A DNA stretch of 64,000 nucleotides, taken from the IMG/VR virus record IMGVR_UViG_3300031519_000002. One strand, 5' to 3'. The number at the start of each line of letters is the position of its first letter. Positions within the stretch are counted from its first letter, which is position 1. Of this stretch, positions 1-10,000 are shown in pieces. The translations under genes were made by a program, and so were the position numbers. The notes beneath the pieces were generated by a model. It was not told where the DNA came from. It was given only the letters and a program-made list of their open reading frames with translations, and searched no databases. The stretch is from a virus.

Positions 1-418
1 CCATACCTGGACCACATGTATGTACCTTTGAACACGGCCATGTTCCGCCGGCACACACACTATATTGGCATCCCGGGCACGTACTAATTGATTTAACAGC
101 ATAGTTTCCGCCTGCGCCGCCTGCTGTGTGCATACAGTTGTTACAACATGTCGCACCTGATCCTGAACCGCCACCGCTCCAAATTTCAAAAATTACTTTT
201 GATGCTCCTGCCGGAACGCACCAATAACAACATTTGCCGTTTGCTTGTTCACAACAATCACCTGCGTCAGCACACGCATGACATGCCATGCCACGTGCAT
301 TATATACCCACTGTGTGCTGTACTTATTTCCGGCACTAGCACCTAGTTTTTCGGCAGTAATACTGTTACTGTCGAAATTATCTGCTGTTAGTGTCTTATA
401 ACTTGCGTATGTTGCCAT
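1..418 (-). CDS. Cys-rich, Gly-rich putative virion/fibre-associated protein, truncated by window edge; paralog of 434..1273
   Basis: Missing from ORF track because it has no stop in the window. Hand translation from ATG at 418: MATYASYKTLTADNFDSNSITAEKLGASAGNKYSTQWVYNARGMACHACADAGDCCEQANGKCCYWCVPAGASKVIFEIWSGGGSG..., colinear with 434..1273. Confidence 0.85.
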   Translation of the reverse strand, partial: MATYASYKTLTADNFDSNSITAEKLGASAGNKYSTQWVYNARGMACHACADAGDCCEQANGKCCYWCVPAGASKVIFEIWSGGGSGSGATCCNNCMHTAGGAGGNYAVKSISTCPGCQYSVCAGGTWPCSKVHTCGPGM

Positions 419-433
419 TATTATTTCCTTACC

Positions 434-1273
434 TTATACAAATGTAATCTTCACTAAACCTGATCCGCCTTGACCTGATCCACCAGCACAACATTTTGCC
501 CAGTTTCCACAATAACTAGATGTTCCTGGTTGACCACCGCCTGATGGCCAATTAATGTGGCACCCACATGCGCACCAAGCTTCGTTAGTAGCTGTTCCAC
601 CCATTGTTCCAATACCTGCCGCAACTCCTGAGAAACTAGTTTGTCCGTGACATCTACATGTTGTTGTACCAGCTTTCATGCCCATGCCGCCCATCATTCC
701 AAAGTCAGCTCCAAATATGCCGCATATATTACAGTTTGCACAATCGCTTGTGGCATGTCTTTGTCCCCAAGCATCGCCATTACACATCCAACCACCACAT
801 GCACCAGTAGCGCAGAAGTTACTTAGATTGTGTCCATTAATATATGATTTACATCCCATACCTGCACTACAAGTATGTGACTTACCACACGGCCATGAAC
901 CACCAGCGCATACACTATATTGACACCCTGGGTTAGTATTAATTGTTTTAGTAGCGAAATTGCCGCCTGCGCCGCCAATGGCGAACGAACAACAGTTACA
1001 GCATGTATGACCTGGGCCACCACCACCACCACTCCAAATTTCAAATGTTACTTTATAAACATTGTCAGGAACACACCAATAGCAACATTTACCATTCGCT
1101 TGTTCACAACAGCCACTGGTTCTTGCACACATATGACATTGCATGCCACGTGCATTATATACCCATTGAGTTTTACGACACGCTCCTGCACCAGGTGCAA
1201 GTTTGTCTCTAGTAATGGACCCATCTGGTATACCTGCTGATGTAATTTTTTTATAACTGCTATATGTAGCCAT
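434..1273 (-). CDS. Cys-rich (about 31 Cys), Gly-rich-domain putative virion protein
   Basis: 279 aa. The VPxxVxxVTFEIWSGGGGG...GGAGG...GGSGLVKIT frame resembles Gly-rich domains of phage fibre proteins; many CC/CxxC/CxC motifs. Confidence 0.75.
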   Translation of the reverse strand: MATYSSYKKITSAGIPDGSITRDKLAPGAGACRKTQWVYNARGMQCHMCARTSGCCEQANGKCCYWCVPDNVYKVTFEIWSGGGGGPGHTCCNCCSFAIGGAGGNFATKTINTNPGCQYSVCAGGSWPCGKSHTCSAGMGCKSYINGHNLSNFCATGACGGWMCNGDAWGQRHATSDCANCNICGIFGADFGMMGGMGMKAGTTTCRCHGQTSFSGVAAGIGTMGGTATNEAWCACGCHINWPSGGGQPGTSSYCGNWAKCCAGGSGQGGSGLVKITFV

Positions 1274-1306
1274 TAATAGTTCCTTTAAATATTTCTTGCA
1301 CAGTTC

Positions 1307-1756
1307 TTATACAGTGAAGATTCGCCATCCATAACTATTACCCGAATACACGATATCAAATGCCGCGCCTTCTGTATTAATTGTAAGATTTGCGGCATCG
1401 CCTTGAATAAGTCTGCCGTTGCGTCCTAATGTTAAGTTATTAGAATCAAACGTTTTTCTTAGATCAAAGAATCTAATAATGTCCCCCACTGCCGGTGACC
1501 CTGGTAACGTGACAGTAAAGCCGCCGCCGTTAGTGTCACAGAACAGTTGTTGTCCTGACTGCGCCGTAAATGTTGTTGTAACTGTTACACCATTTAATAC
1601 CCCTACTGGAAGCCAAGCAGTACCGTTATATAATTCTAAGTTATTTAACTCAGTATTAAAGCGGATTGCGCCATTGCCAGCATCTGTAACTCTTTGTGCT
1701 GTAGTTCCAAAAGGGACAGTTAAACCTGGTGAACCTACTGAAATTCTTCTACCCAT
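1307..1756 (-). CDS. small fibre/baseplate connector-like structural protein
   Basis: PxGTTAQR...GAIRFNT...ELYNG..W module plus DTNGGGFTVTLPGSPAVGD motif reminiscent of T4 gp9/gp10-like domains. Confidence 0.6.
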   Translation of the reverse strand: MGRRISVGSPGLTVPFGTTAQRVTDAGNGAIRFNTELNNLELYNGTAWLPVGVLNGVTVTTTFTAQSGQQLFCDTNGGGFTVTLPGSPAVGDIIRFFDLRKTFDSNNLTLGRNGRLIQGDAANLTINTEGAAFDIVYSGNSYGWRIFTV

Positions 1757-1775
1757 TGTTTTTTCCTATCCTAAA

Positions 1776-2102
1776 TTACGCCGTTGGCACGGCTGTTTCT
1801 ATACCCATAACCATCGCTGTTACAGATGCCACGCTTGCTCTTACTACAACTTTCTTAGATGTATCAAGTACAATGCCTGTACGTTCTAGTACACCGTTTG
1901 GTCCTACTGATATATCATACTCTAGATAATCAGATGCTCCTGGAGTGTCTCCAGTTCCAATTGATAACCTACAGTTTGCCGTACTCGAACTTCTATTACA
2001 GAAGTTCACTGAGATAACACTATACGTATCAGCTGGTACCGTGTAAACGGTAGTGTTTGTGTTTGCTGTTAGATCGCCTGATCCTAATATTCCTGATGCC
2101 AT
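1776..2102 (-). CDS. small virion protein, paralog family with 12983..13312 and 21769..22113
   Basis: 108 aa, shared VYTxPA...xxN pattern; AGGAG Shine-Dalgarno and late promoter upstream. Confidence 0.65.
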   Translation of the reverse strand: MASGILGSGDLTANTNTTVYTVPADTYSVISVNFCNRSSSTANCRLSIGTGDTPGASDYLEYDISVGPNGVLERTGIVLDTSKKVVVRASVASVTAMVMGIETAVPTA

Positions 2103-2133
2103 TTTTCTATGCTCCTATGTTAGTATTTAGCCA

Positions 2134-5100
2134 TTATGATTTACTTGTTAAAAAGTAAGCAAATGCAACTGGACTTCCACTTACACCGCCATTAAAGTTC
2201 ATTCCCGTAGTTACAGTAATTGGACTATTATCGGTTGTACTAATTGTATTACCCGTAATGTTTATTTTACCTGCTGTAACTGCGTTAACGTTTAGAGAAC
2301 TACTGCCTCCACCAATTTGTGAGTTGATGTAAGTAATAATTGCTCTCTGTGTTGGAACTACATTATCTGAGTTAGCACTAAATGTTCCATCAGTACTAAA
2401 TTCATTAATAACAGCGCCGCCTTGTCCTAAGCCTACTGCACCCAGTGACAACTCTTGTAGACCTGCCAAACTAAATGCACTTGTATTTAAGCTCGCAGAG
2501 CCTGTTGACTGCTCAACGTTGAACAAGCCACCAACTCTAAAGTTACCATCTTGGTCAGTACTTGTGTAGAACACTCGTCCTCCACCTGATTCTGTAACTT
2601 CGTCTTTCGGGTCATTAGCAACTGTTGGTGTACCAGGATAATTAGTATTTGCTAAGTTACCTGTACCAATGTCTAAGAAATCGTGTCCAGTTAAACGACA
2701 TTGACTAAATCTTCTTCTAATAGTAATGTTTGTTCCATGCTCAGGTGCTGTTTCAATCCCTGTATCTGGAGATATTTGTAAGTTAGCACTGTAGTTTCCA
2801 GCACTACCTACTACTTCTCTAACAAACACAATTTTAAAGAATCTGTCATCATTATCAAATTGTATGTTGGATCCTTCAACTGGCTGATCTGTTAATCCAT
2901 AAGCATTAACATACTGTGCTGATTGATAAATGTCTGCATAACCGTCACCGTCGACTGTTGCACTAGCTGTTTCAAAGTCAGTACCTCTTGCAGTCCACGT
3001 TGGCTGATCTAGTACACCGTTACCAACTCTAACCTGCCACGGAACTTCAGTAGTTTCGCTTGGGTCAGTAATTGTTAGTGTTGGAGGACTAGTTAAGTTA
3101 TAGCCTGATCCTGGCTTAACGATATAAAACTGTGTAATTCTGCCTGTTGATACTTCTGCTCTTACAAATGCACCACTACCACTACCACCAGCAATCTCAA
3201 CAACTTGAACTCTTGGCTCAATGCTATATGCTGTTGTAGCATCTAGTGTTGAAGCAACTGCGTTATCCGGATGCCATGTCTGCCACCCTGCACTGTTATC
3301 TGATTCTTTAGCAATACTAGCAACTTTAGTACCCGAATTGTATGCACTAATAAATCCATACTGTCCTGCACCTGTACCTGCTGTAATAACAATTCTCATA
3401 CCAACGTATTTTGTATTGTTTGCTGTCTCAGTGTTTGATATTGTAATACTAGTTGCATTACCTGCCTGTGCTGTGTTAGCACTTGAACTATATCCACGTC
3501 CACCAACTGAGTCAATGTCATTAAACAATCCATCGTTGTTAGTATCTGAGGCGTTATATGATGATCCGTCTTCTGGATTGCGTAGTCTAACTTCAAATAC
3601 ACCACCGTTTCTTACAACAGCCGCGTTTACTACTGCGCCATAACCGTCACCACTAATTGTGTATGTACCTGATGAATAGTTATTACCTGCATTAGTGTAT
3701 TCTAAGTTAATAACTTTACTACCGTCAGTAAGACCACGTCCAATTTGTGCTTCAAGTTTTCTGTTTTGTACACCACCTGTAATAGGAACTTCAGTAACGT
3801 CAATAAATTCTGATACTGCGCCTCTGTCACCGTACGAACAGTTACCGTTAGTAGCACGTACTTTGCCACCATTTTCTGCTAGGTAACCAATGTGTGCGTA
3901 GTAAGAGAATACCGAAACAAGTTCTGCTCTTCCTAAGTTAGTAACCCATGCACCAATACCGTCACTTAGTACTTGTGTAAAGTCGTTAGCAACAATACTA
4001 TCGTTACCACCGTTGTGGATAGATCCATCAACTTTAATTCCTACACAACCTGTACCAAAGTTAGTAACACCTTGTACGTATGGAGAACGTGCAGTAATCC
4101 AAACTCTATCATCATCTGGACCCCAACCTGGATCAAGTGATGCATATGCGCCTGCTGTTGGACGCTTAGTTCCATATGCATTTGCACTACCTAGTGTACC
4201 ATTTAGTCCGCCCAATGTTTGGTTTCTAATACCAGTACCGTCTCTTAGTAAGTACATATTTTCTAATGTAGAACCATTTACACTATTACCATAGTACAGT
4301 CCTGCCATTAATGTAAAGTAGTTAGAACCTTCTTGGACACTGTGTACTAGATCAAGAATAAATGCATCAATATAATGCTTGACATCTGCTTCACATGCTG
4401 TTACACTAAATGAGTATGAAGGGTATTCTACTGTAATATATTTTGTTACGTCACGTGCAATAAAGTCTTTGTTAAGCAATAGTTTTCTTACAGTTGCATA
4501 CTTGTCTTGATCGTCTACTATGCCATTATTGCCTCTAAATGCCGGAGCACTAGAATCACCTGATGCACCATTAATTTGGTAATCAATTTGGTCATACAAT
4601 TCTTGAGCTAAGTCTGTAAGTATGGTGCTTGTTGCACTTGTACCATGCGGCTTAGTAACGTTCTGTGTTAGTGTATTACCAGTTTGTCTTGTAATAGCAG
4701 TACCTTCACTGATATCATCAAGTATTGATTTCATGTGCAATACACCAGCTAAACTGTATGTTGCATCACCTGCCGCCGTAACTGATCCTGCTGGCTCAAC
4801 TCGTGTTGAACGCAATTCGTCACCAACAATAGCAACTCTTTCTGGAACTCTAATCGGTAGTACTTCTGTATACGTTCCTGTTTTTACAAATACAACTTTG
4901 TGAGGTATATGTTCTTTAGGAAGTGTATATCCTGCACCTAATGAGATTGCAGATTTAGCAATAGCTATAGCCGCTGTTAGTTCTGTTAAAGAGTCTGTTT
5001 CTGGAGCTCTAGTAGCATCTTTAATTTGGAAAGTCCTATCACCTGACGCAACACTGTCTAAGTCTTGGTAGTCTGCTGGAGGAGTAGCACTGTTAATAAC

Positions 5101-6993
5101 ATCTTCTGCTAAATCTAGTACAAAAACAAGTGCCGCAACGTTTTGTGTTTCTGCGCCTGTTGCAAACCAGTCTGGAGTTTGGTTATCTTTGAATGTTTGC
5201 GCAACTCTACGTATGTTAACGTTTCCGCCTTTTTTCATATCTAAGATTATTGCGTCAATTACAAAGCCAGCTAGTCTTTGAAACTTTGCTTCAGAAAAAG
5301 CAAATCCAATAAAGAATGGACTTACTTGTGTAACAATTTGTCTCTTTGCCCACTTAGCAGTTTCAAGTGCAATAAACATTCTATTTTCTTCTAGTAATGA
5401 TACTGAACTAGGCTTCTTTGGACCTTTTTCAATTTCTTCACATGCGTAACGAATTGATTTCCAAGGACGGTCTAATGTTCCACCGTTTATTGGATAAGCA
5501 TTATTTGCTCCGTTATTAGCAACATAGTATACATCCGGAGTTGATCCAAAATCTTTCCATTCTGGTAATCCGCCTGCACTAACACTTAATACTTGTCCTT
5601 CAGTTCCAATTGGAAGTCTTGAAGGTCCTGATCCTGATTGGTAAAGTATATCACCTTCTGTAGTTAATGCACTTTCTTCTGCACCACTTGCTAGTGTATT
5701 CCAATAAGTACCATCTGTATCTGCTGATGGCTTGTTGCCACTTGCTGATGTGTGTGCTAGTATACAAACATAACTAATTAATCCTTCACGTACTGCATCA
5801 CCTGCATCGTATAGTGTAGAAGTTCCCCAAGCATTTTTCCATTCAATACCTTGGTTTAGTCTTGCCCAATATGTAGAGTTTGGGGGACGCTGTGCCGCGT
5901 TATCTGCAATAGCAACATATGTATAACCACCTAGTCTTACAACATCGCCAATTCTATAGTCTTGGTTAGATGAGTCATCTCCCCATTCACCTCTTATATT
6001 AAATCCTGATGTAACTAAGTCGTACTTAGCACTACTTGCAGGATTTTCACCATAAACGTTATCATTAGCAACATACTGGTTACCACCATAAGTTACAAAG
6101 TCACCTGGTTGATATCTTTCATAAGGGTTCCAAGAGTTTTCAAATTCCATACCCGGAACAAAGATTTCCCAATTTGCAATATCTGCTTGTAGTGTACCTA
6201 ATTGTGAATTATCATTAGTAACAACTGATGTGTGATGGGCCGTAGCAATATAAAGTGTAGCGCCGAACATTACAACATCGTTTACTTTATAACGTGTTTG
6301 GTTTGTCCATTCACCTTTATAATCAAACCCTTTGTTTAAGTAGTCCCACTTACTTTGATCAGCTTCAAGTCCACTTGCTAAAGCCGCATTAGACGTGTGC
6401 CCAGTATTACAAACATAAAGTGTGCCACCATATTTAATAATATCGTTAATTTTATAACGTGTGCTAATTGCCCAGTTTTGTTTCCAGTCTTGACCTTCGG
6501 AGAATAGGTCCCATTTTAAAATGTCAGCTTCAAGACCAAGAGCATTACTTGCCGCCGCTGTATGACCAGTATTACAAAGGTAAATATTACCGCCGTATTT
6601 GACCAAGTCATTTGCTTTGTAAACAGTAGTAGCTACCCAATTATCTTTCCAGTCAATCGATGTAGCAAACTGATCCCATTTTGATTGATCAGCTTCTAGT
6701 GTTGCTTGCGCTGTGTGGCCGCTATTACAAATATATATAATACCACCATATCTTACAATATCATTGATTTTGTAAAAAGTTGCACCTGACCAATCACTCT
6801 GCCATTTTGTACCGTCACTAAATAAGTTCCAGTGTGCCGCATCTGTGTAGAAATTAGCATCTGCTGTGTGTCCTTTAATACACACATAAGTACGTCCACC
6901 ATATCTGATGACGTCATCTTTTAGATATGCGGCTGTAGTAGTCCACGTATCTTTCCATATAAATCTAATTCTACCTAGCTTAAATTCTGCCAT
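2134..6993 (-). CDS. large tail fibre/appendage protein with N-terminal carbohydrate-binding-like repeats
   Basis: 1619 aa; repeated W..xTxYxxNDxVxYGGxxYxCxxGHT units (CBM5/12-like) followed by beta-rich domains; paralog of 7030..12603. Confidence 0.75.
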   Translation of the reverse strand: MAEFKLGRIRFIWKDTWTTTAAYLKDDVIRYGGRTYVCIKGHTADANFYTDAAHWNLFSDGTKWQSDWSGATFYKINDIVRYGGIIYICNSGHTAQATLEADQSKWDQFATSIDWKDNWVATTVYKANDLVKYGGNIYLCNTGHTAAASNALGLEADILKWDLFSEGQDWKQNWAISTRYKINDIIKYGGTLYVCNTGHTSNAALASGLEADQSKWDYLNKGFDYKGEWTNQTRYKVNDVVMFGATLYIATAHHTSVVTNDNSQLGTLQADIANWEIFVPGMEFENSWNPYERYQPGDFVTYGGNQYVANDNVYGENPASSAKYDLVTSGFNIRGEWGDDSSNQDYRIGDVVRLGGYTYVAIADNAAQRPPNSTYWARLNQGIEWKNAWGTSTLYDAGDAVREGLISYVCILAHTSASGNKPSADTDGTYWNTLASGAEESALTTEGDILYQSGSGPSRLPIGTEGQVLSVSAGGLPEWKDFGSTPDVYYVANNGANNAYPINGGTLDRPWKSIRYACEEIEKGPKKPSSVSLLEENRMFIALETAKWAKRQIVTQVSPFFIGFAFSEAKFQRLAGFVIDAIILDMKKGGNVNIRRVAQTFKDNQTPDWFATGAETQNVAALVFVLDLAEDVINSATPPADYQDLDSVASGDRTFQIKDATRAPETDSLTELTAAIAIAKSAISLGAGYTLPKEHIPHKVVFVKTGTYTEVLPIRVPERVAIVGDELRSTRVEPAGSVTAAGDATYSLAGVLHMKSILDDISEGTAITRQTGNTLTQNVTKPHGTSATSTILTDLAQELYDQIDYQINGASGDSSAPAFRGNNGIVDDQDKYATVRKLLLNKDFIARDVTKYITVEYPSYSFSVTACEADVKHYIDAFILDLVHSVQEGSNYFTLMAGLYYGNSVNGSTLENMYLLRDGTGIRNQTLGGLNGTLGSANAYGTKRPTAGAYASLDPGWGPDDDRVWITARSPYVQGVTNFGTGCVGIKVDGSIHNGGNDSIVANDFTQVLSDGIGAWVTNLGRAELVSVFSYYAHIGYLAENGGKVRATNGNCSYGDRGAVSEFIDVTEVPITGGVQNRKLEAQIGRGLTDGSKVINLEYTNAGNNYSSGTYTISGDGYGAVVNAAVVRNGGVFEVRLRNPEDGSSYNASDTNNDGLFNDIDSVGGRGYSSSANTAQAGNATSITISNTETANNTKYVGMRIVITAGTGAGQYGFISAYNSGTKVASIAKESDNSAGWQTWHPDNAVASTLDATTAYSIEPRVQVVEIAGGSGSGAFVRAEVSTGRITQFYIVKPGSGYNLTSPPTLTITDPSETTEVPWQVRVGNGVLDQPTWTARGTDFETASATVDGDGYADIYQSAQYVNAYGLTDQPVEGSNIQFDNDDRFFKIVFVREVVGSAGNYSANLQISPDTGIETAPEHGTNITIRRRFSQCRLTGHDFLDIGTGNLANTNYPGTPTVANDPKDEVTESGGGRVFYTSTDQDGNFRVGGLFNVEQSTGSASLNTSAFSLAGLQELSLGAVGLGQGGAVINEFSTDGTFSANSDNVVPTQRAIITYINSQIGGGSSSLNVNAVTAGKINITGNTISTTDNSPITVTTGMNFNGGVSGSPVAFAYFLTSKS

Positions 6994-7029
6994 TGTTTGC
7001 TCCGTTCTTGATATTATACATATTTATCA

Positions 7030-10000
7030 TTATCCGTTAAAGTCATCGCGTTCTGTTCTTGCCGCCATAAACATACCTAGTGCTTGTAAACCGCCACCTA
7101 GTGGTCCGTTAATAGTCATTCCTACATTAATATCAGTCATTGCAAGAGCATTATTTGAACCTGCTGTGTTTGACATTACGTTATCTTCTAAGACAACTTG
7201 TCCTGCTGTAAGTTTGTTTGTAAACAGGTTGGATCCACCACCTGTAAATCTATTTTCGATGTAGCTTGTTAAAGCCTTTTGTGTTGGAATAATATTATCT
7301 GAATTAGCAACAAATGTATTATCTGTAGTAAATTCTCTAATAACAGCTTGCGTACCACCAACTCTAATACCACCAAGTCTTAGTTCGTCTAATCCTTCTA
7401 AGTTAAAGAAGTCTGCATTTAGTGTAACACCACCTTGTGCTTGTGAAACTCTAAACAATTCACCAACTCTGTAGTTACCATCTTGGTCACTACTTGTGTA
7501 AAATACTCGTCCGCCATTTGATTCTTGTACTTCGTTAGCTTGTACAGTGTCATTTGCCGATGTCTGTCCGTCAACATATAGATTAGGATAGTTAGTGTCT
7601 GCAAAGTTACCTGTACCAATGTCTAAGAAATCATGACCTGTTAAACGACATTGACTGTAGCGTTCACGTATTGTAACACCTGTGCTGTGTACTGGTGCTG
7701 TTGTTCTACCAAGTACTGGACTAATTTGGAATGTTAATTCAATGTTAGGTGTTACACCTGATTGTGAATTCACTTTAACTAATCTGTAAATTGTAGCGTT
7801 GCCTGCAAATCTTACGTTTGCTCCTGGTCCTGGAACTGTAGTAATACCACTAATTCTCATTGTGTTACCAATTTGTAATTCTTCACCAAAACCGTTACCA
7901 GTAATTAATACAATCGCACTTTGATAACCTGTACCTCTATTATAAAATGTAGGTTGAGGTAATACGCCGTTGTTAATATCAACAGTAAAGTACGGCTCGC
8001 CATATTCTTCTGGATCTTCAACTGATATTGTCGGAGCAGTAATGTATCCACTTCCTGGATTATAAATCTTAAACAAGTTAAGTTTTCCGTTTACTACCTC
8101 AACACGAGCGTATGCTGTAGCTCCACCTGTAATAATATTACCTACTGAACCAGCTGATGACATTCCAACAAATGCTGGTAAATTATTTCTAATTCCGCCT
8201 GCGATTGTTGTTAAGTTTCCAGTAACTTCTCTAATTGTCCAACCATAACCGTTGTCTGAACTTAGTGTAGTTCCTGTATTACTTACTACCATAAACAACC
8301 CTTGAGTGTAACCAATTTTCCAATTTTCTCTACCCGAGTCACCTACTAGTCCTGAGTCTGACCATGCTGTTCCTGTATCACTATATATAATTCTATCTGA
8401 CTGATTCATTGTTGCAACCCAACAGTTACTACCAAACGCTAAGTCACTGTATACTTCTGGTGCTACTGGTGAATTTGCCGCTCCAGTTGTCCAAGTTGCT
8501 CCATTGTCAACGGAAATTACTGTAGTTCCGTTTTGTGCTAATGCAATCCATTTGCCTGCACCGTATGCTAATCCTACCCAAGTAGTATTACTGCCGCCGG
8601 TTGCTCGTGTATTCCAAGTTGAAGGTACAACAGTTGAATCGCCGTCTGTGGTAAGTGTTGCAACATATGCATTTGCATTACCTGTTGCTAGAGCAATAAT
8701 TGTATCACCGTTTGGCCCACCAATTTCAACATGCTTCCAAGTTGTACTAGCTGGCAATGTTGAGTAATCAAAGTTAATACCGTCATTGGTGTAAACTAAT
8801 TTGTCAGTACCGTCAGCAACGCCTACCATAATTGGACCAGTTTTAGCAAAGCCTGTATAGCTTAAACTATATGGAGATTCTAAGTCAGCCCAAACAGCAC
8901 CATCTGATGATGTATACCAGTCATTTGTTCCTGTTGGTGCATAATACCACTTTGCTAGTCCGTCACTGTAACCGAGGTCCTGTGCACCAGTTTGTACACT
9001 ATTGTTAGTCTTTGCAAATGTAGGTGAACTAATAGTTATTCTTGGTTCATATGTATATGTAGTTGTGCCGTCAAGCGCAGTTTCATTTAATTTACCATTA
9101 ACAATATTGTCCCATCCAGGAGTATTTGTAGATTCTTTATAAACTGTTGCAGTAAACGTAGATGGATTATAATTCTGTATCCATCCATATTGTCCTGCTC
9201 CAAGTCCTTCTGTAATGTTAATTCTCATGCCGAGCAACTGTGCTCTTGTTCTAACTTCAGAAGCCGCAAATACAAGAGTTGATAAACCACCACCTTGTCC
9301 AGTGTTACCAAAGGATTTAAATCCTCTACCACCAACGTTAGTACTATCATCAGGTAGTGCTAAATCAATTCTAGATACTGCTCCGTATCTAAATTCATCA
9401 TATCTTGCATCAAAGTCAACACCTGATGCTTGTGTAGTTGATAACGTTGCTTGTGTATATGTTTGTCCTGTGTTTTTATATGCTACTGCAAGAATTTGTG
9501 ATCCAGTAGTAAACACTTCATCTATAGTAGCTTCGCCGCTTTGGTTGTTTACTGTAGCTGTTTGTGCAGTTTCAGTTGAATCAAATCCTTCAGCAACACT
9601 ACCAAACGTGCCGTATGAGTTGTTACCGTTAGTAGCACGTAAAATACCACCGTTTTCTGCTAGGTAACCAATGTGTGCATAATATGTAAACACAGATACT
9701 AGCTCTGAACGTCCTAAGTTTGTTGCCCAATATCCAATACCGTCACTTAGTACTTGTGTAAAGTCGTTAGCAACGATTGATCTATTACCGCCGTTATGTA
9801 GTGCTCCGTCAATTTTCATACCAACACAGTTATCACCAATTGTAGTAACACCTTGTACGTATGTTGATTTACCACCCTGGATTCTCTCCATATTTACGGC
9901 GCCTGCTGTTGCACTTACAAATGTGTGTGCAGATAATTCTGAACTAATACCGACATTCATTGTAATAGTTGTACTAGAAGTACCAGTAATTACAATTTTC

